The position numbers were made by a program, and so were the translations under genes. From positions 115,903-179,902 of IMG/VR virus record IMGVR_UViG_3300025584_000449: DNA of 64,000 nt. One strand, given 5' to 3'. Shown here piece after piece: positions 8,414 through 18,609 of the stretch (position 1 is the first letter of the stretch; the number at the start of each line of letters is the position of its first letter). Source of the DNA: a virus. Under the pieces are notes generated by a model. That model searched no databases. It saw only the letters and a list, made by a program, of their open reading frames with translations, and was not told where the DNA came from.

Positions 8414-8829
8414 TTATTATTATCGGTTTGATTATTAAAGAAAGGGCCTGCTAATTGCACAGCGTTTTGTCTAGTTGAATTAATGCACGCCATCATAGTG
8501 TCTGCGATAGCTTTAATTAGCTCTGCACCCTGATACTTCTTATGCAAAGTAATAGCTATATTTCTGGTAGTTTCTTCAAGCTCTGCCTGTAGTGCTTGGT
8601 TGCAAACACAGTTCTGAGGAGATCTGCGAGCTTCAAACAGGTCCTGCTTGGTTAACTTTGAAGTAAACTCTGAGTGGCCACATTTGAAACAGGAAGGGTT
8701 CTGATCCCTAACACATGTTTCAATATAATGAATGTGGTCACACTTTTTGCACTTGATGTAACGAATTTTTAGTTCATGCATTGTACGAATTAAGTCCTTT
8801 ATAAATGTAAAAATAAGGGAGAGAAGCAA
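8410..8829 (-). CDS. Hypothetical zinc-ribbon protein; true start may be MHELK
   Basis: CKKC...CFKC...CVC cysteine pattern. Confidence 0.55.
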   Translation of the reverse strand: MLLSLIFTFIKDLIRTMHELKIRYIKCKKCDHIHYIETCVRDQNPSCFKCGHSEFTSKLTKQDLFEARRSPQNCVCNQALQAELEETTRNIAITLHKKYQGAELIKAIADTMMACINSTRQNAVQLAGPFFNNQTDNNK

Positions 8830-8843
8830 TTTGCTTCTCCCCC
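8810..8843 (-). terminator. Rho-independent terminator downstream of the RNR gene
   Basis: Minus strand GGGGGAGAAGC-AAATT-GCTTCTCTCCC-TTATTTTT. Confidence 0.75.
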
Positions 8844-8898
8844 GTTCAATATAAAACTAAGCGATGTCGCCTAGTTATTCTTCTTATACCAAAATAAC

Positions 8899-10860
8899 CT
8901 AAGTTGTTATTGTACAGTTATCTCCATCGCAATATTTCAATCCTTTGCCATCAATATTAATTGAACTGAAGTCTAATTCTTTTAAGTTACTCTTCATTTC
9001 AATATATTGTTCCTTGGTAATAGCTTCGTATGGAGCCTGCTCATATGAATGAGTACCTAACGGTAAGAAAGACGCACTCTTTAAACGAGTTTCATATAAC
9101 TCAAGTGCGCGAGGGAGATCTTTCTTTTCATTCTCTTGAAATGTGATAGTATTACTAACTGCATTGTCCGCCCAGTACTGCTGGTATTGCGCAGTATTTT
9201 CTAACTGTTCCCACAGAGTTACATCATATTTAGATTTCTCATAAAATTGTTCCTCTACTGGGAACTCTACAACTAAGGTTTTCCCACCTGAGTCATATAC
9301 GTCATCTTCAATTTTATATCCAGCTTCCCTTAGTATGGGGATTAGCTCTGAAGTATTAGAGAATCTAATACGTCTAATATAATACTTATTTTCTGGATAA
9401 TGTATACCAGGAGTGGCTCCACATAAAAGAGATACCGTACCAGATGGTTTTACTGTAGTAATTTTCTTACTAGTCGGAATAGCCATCCAGTCAGAGAAGA
9501 TTTTATCAAGCTCTCTTAGATGCTTGTAAGATTCGTCGCTCCATTTTAACATCTCTCTGCGACCATGTTTACGGAACGCCTGTATAATACCTGATTGTGA
9601 TACACCTATGCGTCTGTTCTTAAGCATCTTGGCATTAGTCTCTGGCCAATGTGTTTTAGCTAGAGTCATAGTCTTTGCATATAAATAAGCTAGCTTAAGT
9701 GTGCGTTTATACTCAGCCAAAGTTTCATGATTAGCTGGGAAGGTTTCTACTAGATTACATAGTTCACCTGATTCGAGGAAGATTTCCCCACAAGGATTAA
9801 CACCCATAACAAAAGAATCATCACACCACTCGCCCATACGACCATTCCATCTTGCGTTCTCTAACCACAGATACCCAGGCTCACCTTGTTTTATTGTATT
9901 TTTAGTAGCCTCTGAATAGTCCATGCCTATCGTACAAGCTATAGCATTATTACTTCCATACCTATGTGACTTTAATTTTTCTTCATCATGCTTTAGTTCC
10001 ATATACTCTTTATCTAATGGGTCACCTAAAGCTAGAGCAGCAGAACGTCTTACATTACCAGCTATTACACATTTCGAAATATAGTTTTCTATGTCTACTA
10101 TATCACTAGAAGTAATTTCTTCACCTTCACGGCCTTCAAAATGTTTTTGAATAGTAGTATGTAAAACTATTAATGGTTCTGGGCCACTAGCAGTACCACC
10201 AAATCCTTTAATAGGCTCTCCATAAGCTCTTATTTGATCATACTCAAATGTAGGTAATGGGCCACCATTAAAGTAGGCATTTAGAATTAATCCTACAGAT
10301 TCAACCCACCCTTCTCTAGTATCAGGAATACTATATACTAATCCGTTAGTTATTTCTGGAGTTTGTATCTCTAATTTCCCTGTTCCTAAAGTATCGAATC
10401 CTACTCCCACTCCAAGCATTAACGCGTCCATTATAAATTCATAAATTTCAGGCCCACGTTTAGCTATGTCGTTTGTACTAATCATGGCGCAGTTAAACAA
10501 AGCTGCTGCTGTTTTATTTTCTGCATAATTAGTTCCGTTAGCCCATAGCCCTCTACCGGCAGGTAGAAACCTAAAGTCCCACATTGCCCGGTACATAGCT
10601 TGTGCGGTTCTTTGGGCTTGGACATTATTCCAGCTTAAACTATTTTTTATAATATGCGTTTTTTGCATATTAAATGTACCCTCTACCACACGTCTTAAAG
10701 TATCACAGAATTCTTCTGTTGTCCCATCATCTCTTTTTCTGGCGTAAGTTCGTTTGTATGTTACGTACCCAAGTGGTCCCCACTTAGGTTGACTACCTTT
10801 AAACTCGTCTATAAAAGTGTCAGATAGATAAAAAGCTCTATGCTGAGTCGGTTGAACCAT
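8899..10860 (-). CDS. nrdJ: Class II (adenosylcobalamin-dependent) ribonucleoside-triphosphate reductase, monomeric RTPR type
   Basis: PAGRGLW, LFNC, NPCGEI (thiyl radical Cys), LCNLVE, TTVKPSGTVSLL and C-terminal CDGDNC. Confidence 0.93.
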   Translation of the reverse strand: MVQPTQHRAFYLSDTFIDEFKGSQPKWGPLGYVTYKRTYARKRDDGTTEEFCDTLRRVVEGTFNMQKTHIIKNSLSWNNVQAQRTAQAMYRAMWDFRFLPAGRGLWANGTNYAENKTAAALFNCAMISTNDIAKRGPEIYEFIMDALMLGVGVGFDTLGTGKLEIQTPEITNGLVYSIPDTREGWVESVGLILNAYFNGGPLPTFEYDQIRAYGEPIKGFGGTASGPEPLIVLHTTIQKHFEGREGEEITSSDIVDIENYISKCVIAGNVRRSAALALGDPLDKEYMELKHDEEKLKSHRYGSNNAIACTIGMDYSEATKNTIKQGEPGYLWLENARWNGRMGEWCDDSFVMGVNPCGEIFLESGELCNLVETFPANHETLAEYKRTLKLAYLYAKTMTLAKTHWPETNAKMLKNRRIGVSQSGIIQAFRKHGRREMLKWSDESYKHLRELDKIFSDWMAIPTSKKITTVKPSGTVSLLCGATPGIHYPENKYYIRRIRFSNTSELIPILREAGYKIEDDVYDSGGKTLVVEFPVEEQFYEKSKYDVTLWEQLENTAQYQQYWADNAVSNTITFQENEKKDLPRALELYETRLKSASFLPLGTHSYEQAPYEAITKEQYIEMKSNLKELDFSSINIDGKGLKYCDGDNCTITT

Positions 10861-11287
10861 ATCCCTTTGTTCCCCTATCTGTTTTCGACAATTCGTCTGT
10901 TTCCTTTAAAGTAATTTCGGGAACAGGTAATATAACCATTTGAGCTATACTTTCTCCCTCTTCGATAATAAGTGGATATGGTCCTGTATTATTTAATATA
11001 ATACCTATCTCTCCACGGTATTCAGAGTCTATGACTCCTGCTTTAACTTTTAAAGTGGTAGTTGACCCCAGACCACTTCTATCGTGGAGTTGTCCATACC
11101 ATCCTTTTGGTATTTCTACAGCAATGCCTGTTTGTAAAACTTTAGTCGAATGTCCTGTTAATCTGTATTTATATAATGCACAAAGATCTATACCTGCTGA
11201 GGTGTCATATCCTTTTTGCGGTGCTTTTGCTTTATTATCCAATAACTTATATTTAATTACAAGTTTTTTATTTTTTTGTTCAGCCAT
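10838..11287 (-). CDS. dut: Trimeric dUTPase
   Basis: SAGIDL, RSGLG, GVIDSEYRGEI, RGTKGYGST. Confidence 0.95.
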   Translation of the reverse strand: MAEQKNKKLVIKYKLLDNKAKAPQKGYDTSAGIDLCALYKYRLTGHSTKVLQTGIAVEIPKGWYGQLHDRSGLGSTTTLKVKAGVIDSEYRGEIGIILNNTGPYPLIIEEGESIAQMVILPVPEITLKETDELSKTDRGTKGYGSTDSA

Positions 11288-11566
11288 TTACTTTACTTTC
11301 TTTAATAGCACTACTGCTAAAATTTCTTTTACGTCTAATAACATTGGGTATCTTACACAAGGCCCTATCACTTCTTCTGAAAGTTTAGGATCTTTTGTTT
11401 GATCAAAAGGTATAAGTGTAAATATTCCTTCGTCATTTATATTTGCAAGTTCCCCTACATAGGCAACTGCGATATTTACTTTTAGTACTGGCTGAATTAT
11501 ACAGCCTACATGTTCTTTAGTAATCATAATATATCTTTGAGATACTCGTTGATCTCTACTAACCAT
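11288..11566 (-). CDS. Hypothetical protein; start possibly at MITKEH
   Basis: Small ORF packed between recU and dut. Confidence 0.45.
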   Translation of the reverse strand: MVSRDQRVSQRYIMITKEHVGCIIQPVLKVNIAVAYVGELANINDEGIFTLIPFDQTKDPKLSEEVIGPCVRYPMLLDVKEILAVVLLKKVK

Positions 11567-11979
11567 TCTTTTTTAAATTCGGTAATTGGTATAGACTTTC
11601 TTGTTTCACGTTCCCAGTATCTTATAATAAGATCCATTGGAACTATAAAAGCCTTTGACTCATACAGTGTAGTAAAATGAATTAGAAAAAACGCTACCCC
11701 ACCAAGTTTATTTGCATACTTTAAATACTCGTATTGGTGCTGGTGTATATTTTTTAGTGGAAATGATGTTTTACTTTTAGTTTCTTTAGCATCGTATGCT
11801 ATAAACTTTCCACCTTTTAATATTCCTACAAAATCTACTGTAGACTTTTGTGGGATTGCTCCATGTTTAGTTATAGTTATACCCGTTGGTACTTTTAATA
11901 TTAAAGCTTCGTCTGCTTTTCTATAACTGATGTTTGCTTTATTAGCAGCCTTCTCTAATTCATTACCACGTAGTGCCAT
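11524..11979 (-). CDS. recU: RecU-family Holliday junction resolvase
   Basis: RGNELE, KSTVDFVG, FIAYDAKET, FPLKNIHQHQ, GGVAFFLI. Confidence 0.9.
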   Translation of the reverse strand: MALRGNELEKAANKANISYRKADEALILKVPTGITITKHGAIPQKSTVDFVGILKGGKFIAYDAKETKSKTSFPLKNIHQHQYEYLKYANKLGGVAFFLIHFTTLYESKAFIVPMDLIIRYWERETRKSIPITEFKKEWLVEINEYLKDIL

Positions 11980-12003
11980 ATTAACCCAATTCTTTTATAA
12001 TCA

Positions 12004-12759
12004 TTATTTAGAATGTACTAACTTCCAGCCGTTTTGTACAGCTTTTTCTACACAATTATCTCTAATAATTGTATGATTATTTTTATCTCGGTTAACCCAA
12101 GAACTTACAGAATCGTTCCCTAGTGCGCTTCCATTTAGGCTACCCCAAATACTTCTATCAGTGTCTGGATGTGGTGGAACATATGTTTTAATGCCACCAT
12201 ATTTTTGTGCTGCATACGAGAAATGGATATCTTCGGCATTATCCCAGCTCAAGGGCGCCTCCATCCAAAAATACTTTAACCAATCATATTTAAAAAACCA
12301 GGCGTGTCCTACTAGATCTACTTCTATAGGCTCATTGCTTTTTTGCCCGTTCCAACCAATTTTTCTATGATCCCTATAGTTAGTATTCTTAGTTAAATAT
12401 ATGCCAGTAGTTCCAAGAATACCCTCGTGTGTTTTCATTGTATTAATACAATTCTCAAACCATTTAGGTCCTGGTATTGTATCATCGTCAAAAATACAAA
12501 CGTATTCGGTTCTTGCTAATAACGCATATGCAAACCTACCGATAAATTTAAAGTTATGATTGCACGAAGCAGTTTTAACTCCTGGCAATGCCTTTTGAGC
12601 ATGCTCTGCATTTTCTCCATTATACCACATCATTATATCAGTTGGAGCTATTGTCTGATTTTTAATAGCTTCTAATTGTCTTTCTAAATTTTGTGGACGT
12701 TTCCATCCTGTCAGTATTGCTGTTATTTTCATATCTCTACCTTGTATATGCAAAAACAA
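12004..12759 (-). CDS. GT-A fold glycosyltransferase (GT2-like)
   Basis: ILTGWKRP start, FDDD DxD motif, AEDIHFS. Confidence 0.75.
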   Translation of the reverse strand: MFLHIQGRDMKITAILTGWKRPQNLERQLEAIKNQTIAPTDIMMWYNGENAEHAQKALPGVKTASCNHNFKFIGRFAYALLARTEYVCIFDDDTIPGPKWFENCINTMKTHEGILGTTGIYLTKNTNYRDHRKIGWNGQKSNEPIEVDLVGHAWFFKYDWLKYFWMEAPLSWDNAEDIHFSYAAQKYGGIKTYVPPHPDTDRSIWGSLNGSALGNDSVSSWVNRDKNNHTIIRDNCVEKAVQNGWKLVHSK

Positions 12760-13319
12760 TTTTCAACAGATTCAAAATATAATGATGCTTTTGGAAAAAT
12801 TATTTTTAGATTATCAATAAATGGATAATGGTTATAATCATCTACTAAAATGTAAGTTTCTTTTTTTAACATGGATTTTATTAAATTAAAAGCAAAACTT
12901 CTTCCATTACCGTGTGGGCCATCTAGCAGTATTAAGTCAAAGGGTTGATTCACTAAATCATTATCTTCTATTGAATAAAAACAGTATTTTTGTCTAGTGT
13001 GTTCTTTTAATATTTGTGGAAATTTATTAAATTCTTCAATATTAAAGGATTTTTTATTTTCTATAATGCTGTTATAATATTCTTTGGTTGCTTGTCTTAC
13101 AGGTCTTATAAGAACATTTTCTTCTTTAGCGGAATATGTACTATCACCGTCAAAAGATACATAATTTATATTAAGATCTTTAAGAAAACTTGTACTAACT
13201 CCTGAACCAAATTCTAAAACATTTGTTAATTTTTTATCACGTATTAATATAAAAAGCTGTTCAAAAGCTTCTTTGCATAATGTCCACCCACTATATTCGT
13301 ATTTCTCGTAATTTATCAT
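12729..13319 (-). CDS. Class I SAM-dependent methyltransferase (Methyltransf_24-like)
   Basis: LEFGSGVST, DLILLDGPHG, ILVDDY. Confidence 0.8.
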   Translation of the reverse strand: MINYEKYEYSGWTLCKEAFEQLFILIRDKKLTNVLEFGSGVSTSFLKDLNINYVSFDGDSTYSAKEENVLIRPVRQATKEYYNSIIENKKSFNIEEFNKFPQILKEHTRQKYCFYSIEDNDLVNQPFDLILLDGPHGNGRSFAFNLIKSMLKKETYILVDDYNHYPFIDNLKIIFPKASLYFESVENCFCIYKVEI

Positions 13320-13969
13320 ATACCAGGCTCCTCTAAATTTTCAGATTTAAAAAATTCTTCCCACCCTTTACTTTTTTTAAGTCCTATTCTGACAGCATTA
13401 AAGTAAGGATCTTTTATACTTCTATCTATATAGATGTTGTGATTAGTTGAAAGTAACTTTTTACTTCCTTTTAGCTCAAAATCATGAGGAGAGTATCTTG
13501 GATCCAATGTTTGGTTAAGATGTTTTTTACTCCATATAGACGGCTGCATTGTAATAAGAAATCCACTATTAGCTGATAATTTTTCTAGACCATTAATATC
13601 ACAAGGTTCGTAAGTTTGATTTCCCCCTGGAGAGATCTGAAGTCTATCCATATTATGCTGTTCCATCATCTTTATATAATAGTTGATTTGGTCATTAGAA
13701 TATACATATTTTAAAAAATAGTCTTCTAAAATAAAGAATATATAATCTGTAGGGCAGGCATTAATTCCTTGGAGCATTCTTTCTCCCCAAGCTAATTTCC
13801 CAGGAGTAACGGTTTTAAAATTTGTTTCTGTTATATTTGGAACTTCTAATGTCTCACTTACAAATATATTTTCTGTTGGGTGTGGCCAATATTTATTAAA
13901 ATTTTTTGTAAATGCTTCCCATAAAACAGAATATTGATCGCAAGTACCTATTAATACGCTAAGATTCAT
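13316..13969 (-). CDS. Putative GT-A glycosyltransferase
   Basis: VLIGTCDQY start, YIFFILEDYF (ExD/ED variant), LITMQPSIW. Cluster context. Confidence 0.6.
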   Translation of the reverse strand: MNLSVLIGTCDQYSVLWEAFTKNFNKYWPHPTENIFVSETLEVPNITETNFKTVTPGKLAWGERMLQGINACPTDYIFFILEDYFLKYVYSNDQINYYIKMMEQHNMDRLQISPGGNQTYEPCDINGLEKLSANSGFLITMQPSIWSKKHLNQTLDPRYSPHDFELKGSKKLLSTNHNIYIDRSIKDPYFNAVRIGLKKSKGWEEFFKSENLEEPGI

Positions 13970-14841
13970 TATACCATCTCCACTATTTCATCAATTGTGT
14001 ATTGTGCAACTTCATTAGAATAAGGGCCCTCTTTAAGAATTTTTTCATGCATATTTTCTCCAGGTTGAAGGCCAATAGTAATTATTTTAATATTACTATT
14101 TCCATATTTTTTAATCATAGCTTTTGCTAGATTTCTAACAGATACAGATTTCATAGTAGGGCAATATAGTCTAGAATCTTTTGAATTTTTAAGACATTCA
14201 AATATTAAATCTACAGCTTGTTCTACTGACCAATAAAATCTTGTAGCATTACCATCTGTAATAGTTATTGGTTTATTCTCTTCAATTAATTTTTTCCACT
14301 TACATAAAACAGACCCAGTAGAGTATAAAATGTTACCATATCTTACTAATCTATAGTTTGTATTTGGAAATATTTTCTCATACTGCTCAAATAGTTTTTC
14401 CATAAGAAGTTTAGAAGCACCATAAACTCCAGCAACTTGTGCTGCTTTATCAGTACTAATTCCTAAAATAAAATCTAATTCCATATTTGCGGATTCTTCT
14501 AATAGAATGCTAGAACCTATAACGTTAGAATTTATACATTCTAAAGACTGTATTTCTGCCATACCTACATGCTTAAAAGCAGCAAGATGAAATATGCCAT
14601 TTACGTTCTTTAATGCTTGTATACAAGAAAATCTATTAGAGATATCTCCAGTTAATATTTCAATAGATGGATATTTCATTTTTAATTTAATTAGAGACCC
14701 CTCATTACGAGCTAATACCCTAACCAAACCTCCTTGTTGTAATATTCTATCTATTAAACTGTCGCCAAGAAATCCAGAGCCACCAGTGACTAAGTATAAT
14801 TTATTCTTTTCTATTGTAATGTTGTTCATTTCCAAATACAT
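13969..14841 (-). CDS. NDP-sugar 4,6-dehydratase, CapD/PseB-like (Polysacc_synt_2 extended SDR)
   Basis: TGGSGFLG, HLAAFKHV, STDKA, YGASK, VRYGNILYSTGSV, GLQPGENMHE. Confidence 0.9.
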   Translation of the reverse strand: MYLEMNNITIEKNKLYLVTGGSGFLGDSLIDRILQQGGLVRVLARNEGSLIKLKMKYPSIEILTGDISNRFSCIQALKNVNGIFHLAAFKHVGMAEIQSLECINSNVIGSSILLEESANMELDFILGISTDKAAQVAGVYGASKLLMEKLFEQYEKIFPNTNYRLVRYGNILYSTGSVLCKWKKLIEENKPITITDGNATRFYWSVEQAVDLIFECLKNSKDSRLYCPTMKSVSVRNLAKAMIKKYGNSNIKIITIGLQPGENMHEKILKEGPYSNEVAQYTIDEIVEMV

Positions 14842-15542
14842 TTCTTTTTTAAAGTGTCGGCACCAATTAGATATCCCCTAGTTCCACCACCAAATAATTC
14901 AACATCAAAAGTTGACCCAGCATCGAGATAGGTATTATTAGGGTTAGCTTCGTGTAGCCTATGAGCAAGAATATTTCCAAAAGGCCCTGCACAGAATAAG
15001 AATAAATAATTTTCTAAGTCTTTACTATATTCTATAATTTCTTTTACTAGATCTTTATTATCTAGCCAAGCGTTAGTTCCAACTCTAAAATCTTTTTCAA
15101 CTTTAAATGGTAGTTTATCTAATTTTGCTTTATGATTACAAACCATTATTATTTTATAATCATTAAATAGAGGAACAAGGGTTGATCTGTAATATTTATA
15201 GTTACCATTAACAAAAAGATTAGCCCAAGTTAGGTTTTCAACAGGCTGTTTACTTAGATCTTTCATACTATAAAAGGTATTTCCCATACAACAATAACAC
15301 CCTATGCCAACATAATAATCTGAATGGATATATTGAAAAGATTTTAATAACTCAGCACGCCGTAGCTCATCTTCTATATTATCTGGTTGATATTTAAACT
15401 CTCCATTGGCTTTTCTAGTAAGATCAATATGATCTCCGTCTAAAATTCTCCACTCGCCATCTGCATATTTAGAAAAGGTAAAATGTTTTCCATCTTTTAA
15501 AAATTGTTCGAATTTTTGTAAATCTTGTCTAAAATTTTTCAT
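14826..15542 (-). CDS. Putative GT-D fold (DUF1792-like) glycosyltransferase
   Basis: FSKYADGE (compare RFGDGE), LFCAGP, YLDAGSTFD. Confidence 0.55.
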   Translation of the reverse strand: MKNFRQDLQKFEQFLKDGKHFTFSKYADGEWRILDGDHIDLTRKANGEFKYQPDNIEDELRRAELLKSFQYIHSDYYVGIGCYCCMGNTFYSMKDLSKQPVENLTWANLFVNGNYKYYRSTLVPLFNDYKIIMVCNHKAKLDKLPFKVEKDFRVGTNAWLDNKDLVKEIIEYSKDLENYLFLFCAGPFGNILAHRLHEANPNNTYLDAGSTFDVELFGGGTRGYLIGADTLKKKCIWK

Positions 15543-16480
15543 GATAAAAATACCTTTTTAAAAGTGTTCATAATATTAGTTGGGTTATAATTAGAATAGC
15601 TATTCCAGTTTAGACTAAAATCTATATCTGAGGTTAAAAGTTTTTCTAACTGTTGCGCATTAGAATAATATAATCCCTTATCACCGAGAATTTCGTAATG
15701 AGCTCTATCTCTACCCTGAGTTGAGGTTAATATAGGTTTATTTTTAATTGAAAATTCTCCAACAGCTATTCCAAAACTTTCACCCTGTGACCTTGCATGT
15801 AACATGCAATCACAAGTATTAATGAATTTTACTTTTTCTGACATATCTGTAGTTGGATTTAAAAAGATAACATTTTTTTGTGATGTAAATTTATTTGTAT
15901 TCATAAAAATAAAATAAACATCTTCGGTTTCTAACCTTTTTATAGTTTCTAAAACATACGGAATATTAAAAGTATCTTTTCCACCATATCTTCCAAAAAC
16001 TCTTGCTGTTTTTGGTATATTCAATTCTTCACGTAAATTATTTTGATGGTTTGGTAAATTAATCATGTGTGGCACATAAGGATTTTTTCCATTTGACATT
16101 TTATCTGATAACCATTTAGAAATATATGCATACACATCTCCATGCGGTTGGTAGTATTGAAATACTACGTGTATTCCAGTTTTAACTTTATTGGAGTATA
16201 CTCCATCATTAATTCCAGCTTTTATTGTATATAGAAAATCAATATTTAAGTTTTTAATTATATCTTCAAGTTGTCCGTGCGTCGTATAAGTGAAAACATT
16301 AGTAAAGCGGTTTTTAAATTTAGTAACAGAATCTTCATATGTTAATGATTCTTCAGATAAGTTTTTACAGATAATAAATGATTTGTTATTTAACATAGTT
16401 TCGTTAAAATGTGCATAATCAAAAAGTGCTATCTCTGTCCCACGTTCTGAGAGTTGGTTACTGTGGAATAATATATTCAT
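15539..16480 (-). CDS. GT-B fold glycosyltransferase (group 1/GT4-like)
   Basis: RGTEIALFDYA N-terminus and GESFGIAVGEF (ExFG-x4-E) donor-binding motif. Confidence 0.85.
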   Translation of the reverse strand: MNILFHSNQLSERGTEIALFDYAHFNETMLNNKSFIICKNLSEESLTYEDSVTKFKNRFTNVFTYTTHGQLEDIIKNLNIDFLYTIKAGINDGVYSNKVKTGIHVVFQYYQPHGDVYAYISKWLSDKMSNGKNPYVPHMINLPNHQNNLREELNIPKTARVFGRYGGKDTFNIPYVLETIKRLETEDVYFIFMNTNKFTSQKNVIFLNPTTDMSEKVKFINTCDCMLHARSQGESFGIAVGEFSIKNKPILTSTQGRDRAHYEILGDKGLYYSNAQQLEKLLTSDIDFSLNWNSYSNYNPTNIMNTFKKVFLS

Positions 16481-17244
16481 TGTAATACCTCTGGTAATTT
16501 ACCTGTAAATGGGATTGCTCTTTTCCAGATACTTGGGTTAATTGGGTGTAAGTTTTCTGTATGTATATTCCAATTTAACCATTTATCTTTAAACCAATTA
16601 TCCTGATTAAATTGATGAGTATGTCCCCAAGTACTGATCTTTTCATAACATTCTTTATCTGTTAATACAAATGAAGCATGATAGCAAAGTATGTTAGGAA
16701 TTAAATGTCTTTTGTAATTACCTGGATTTCTACATCTTGCAAATTTTATATTTTTATTTAAATTAATACAAATTTCAGGCTGACCTATAATTATTTTGTT
16801 ATCTTCAGTTTCAACAACGTGTTTAAAATCTTTCCAAAAAGATATCCAATTTACTGTATAAACTTCATGGTTACTGTTGGTTTTTATATATGAAATAATA
16901 TTTTTAAAATGATCTAGAAAATAAAATTCATCAGCGTCATGAGTAATTAAAAAATCTATACCATCTTTTTTTGCGGCACTTACACATGCATTTCTTTGAT
17001 CTTCATCAACATCCCACACCCCTTTTATAAAAGTTATTTTATCGTAATATGGACTGTTTTTTAAACTTTCAGGATTAAAATTATTTATAAATTGTTTTCT
17101 AGCTTCTTTATTATATGACCAAGGAACATCGCTGTATGCTATGTATATCTTATCAACAAATGGGCCAGAATTATTTATATTTTTAATTAACCATTTGTCT
17201 TGATTAAAAACAAGTATATGTGTTGCAAATTTCATTCTATCCAT
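16477..17244 (-). CDS. GT-A glycosyltransferase (GT2-like)
   Basis: VFNQDKW, EDQRN, THDADEFY. Confidence 0.75.
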   Translation of the reverse strand: MDRMKFATHILVFNQDKWLIKNINNSGPFVDKIYIAYSDVPWSYNKEARKQFINNFNPESLKNSPYYDKITFIKGVWDVDEDQRNACVSAAKKDGIDFLITHDADEFYFLDHFKNIISYIKTNSNHEVYTVNWISFWKDFKHVVETEDNKIIIGQPEICINLNKNIKFARCRNPGNYKRHLIPNILCYHASFVLTDKECYEKISTWGHTHQFNQDNWFKDKWLNWNIHTENLHPINPSIWKRAIPFTGKLPEVLQ

Positions 17245-17864
17245 CCTCTTGGTTTTATATGATGTTGATACCCAAGCGAGTCAGGAATATTCATAACATT
17301 TTGGTCTTTTTCAAAAAAATATGGATTTTTACTATAACGTAAAATATAGTTTCCAAAAAATATTTCTGGAGCTGGAGAGCCTCTTAAATCTTTTGGTAAA
17401 TCTTCTATACTGTGTACTTCAGGTATATTACTGACTAAGATTTTTAAAAGGGATTTTTTAATAATAAAAGATTCTAACATTATATAAGGGTTTGTCAAGT
17501 TCCCACACTCTCCATAAATACGTCTTCCTATAAAATCATGGTCTTTAAATATTAATGCTAAAGCAGTATTAAATAAATCAATATCTTTTAAATAGACATC
17601 GTCATGTGAAAATATAATTATTTCTGATGGTTTTTCTAAACCACCTTTTATTGCATGTATACACCCATTCATAGCATCTAATTTATGATTTTTTCTAGTA
17701 ATAAACTCGCTTAATGACGCTGAGTTAGGAACCGTAGGTTTTTTATCATTGTATGCTATATGATGGAGACAATTTGGAAAATAATTAAGTTCAACGTTTA
17801 TTGTATTATTTAAAGTTTTTTCTCTTTTCCAAGCATTATGTGTAAATGTTAATTGTTCATTCAT
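17232..17864 (-). CDS. Putative GT-A glycosyltransferase
   Basis: IIFSHDDVY motif, LESFII, APEIFFG. Cluster context. Confidence 0.5.
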   Translation of the reverse strand: MNEQLTFTHNAWKREKTLNNTINVELNYFPNCLHHIAYNDKKPTVPNSASLSEFITRKNHKLDAMNGCIHAIKGGLEKPSEIIIFSHDDVYLKDIDLFNTALALIFKDHDFIGRRIYGECGNLTNPYIMLESFIIKKSLLKILVSNIPEVHSIEDLPKDLRGSPAPEIFFGNYILRYSKNPYFFEKDQNVMNIPDSLGYQHHIKPRGWIE

Positions 17865-17866
17865 AT

Positions 17867-18607
17867 TTAATCTTTTTCTAAAGAATTAGATTCTTTTATT
17901 ATATGGCTACAATTATTATTAAGATAGCTATCATAATGACAACCATGTCCTTTATTTTTCCAATTACGTTCTACTAATATTTTTCTTTTTCCATGTTCTT
18001 CTGATCTTATAGGATAATGATTTATAACATAGCTAACTCCATCTATTTTAACATTTCTTCCCCATTGAGATTGATTTCTATGCTTCCCTCTTCCCATATT
18101 TCCTGTTAATGATAATAGCCAGCTGCGATTAATCCCTCCCCAGCTACCGGGCGACCTTCTTAAAAAATATTTTTGTCTATCTACACAATTTACAATACTT
18201 GGATCATCTTTTTCAGTAACCCAGTATTCTTTTATTTCTGTTTGTATTACTTTAATACCAGAATTAAAAGAATGTAATAATTCTTCTTGTAGATTTGTAT
18301 TAGATTTGTGTACTAATATTTCATCAGCATCTAACCAAGTTACCCAATCATATAATGGTTGTTTAGAATTTATAAATCTTGAAATTGTATTAAAAAGATT
18401 ATTTGGTCCTTTCCAAAAATGAATTTTATTTCTATCTAAGTACTCGTAGGTTACTCTTTCTTTAAAAGAAGTTATTATTTCTTTTGTGTTATCAGTTGAT
18501 CCGTGATCGAATACATGAACAGAATGTCCAGAATCTAAAAGACATTTAATAGAGTTTTCTAAACAATCACCTTCATTATATCCGTGTATTATGCCGAGCA
18601 GTCTCAT
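17867..18607 (-). CDS. GT2-like glycosyltransferase (Glyco_tranf_2_4-like)
   Basis: YNEGDCLE, FDHGSTDNT, WVTWLDADE, INHYPIRS. Confidence 0.85.
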   Translation of the reverse strand: MRLLGIIHGYNEGDCLENSIKCLLDSGHSVHVFDHGSTDNTKEIITSFKERVTYEYLDRNKIHFWKGPNNLFNTISRFINSKQPLYDWVTWLDADEILVHKSNTNLQEELLHSFNSGIKVIQTEIKEYWVTEKDDPSIVNCVDRQKYFLRRSPGSWGGINRSWLLSLTGNMGRGKHRNQSQWGRNVKIDGVSYVINHYPIRSEEHGKRKILVERNWKNKGHGCHYDSYLNNNCSHIIKESNSLEKD

Positions 18608-18609
18608 AG

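Noticed and set aside
8847-8874. Imperfect palindrome CTAAGCGATGTCGCCTAG near the end of nrdJ
   Set aside because: Short, single-copy, downstream rather than upstream of the RNR gene and not matching an NrdR box.
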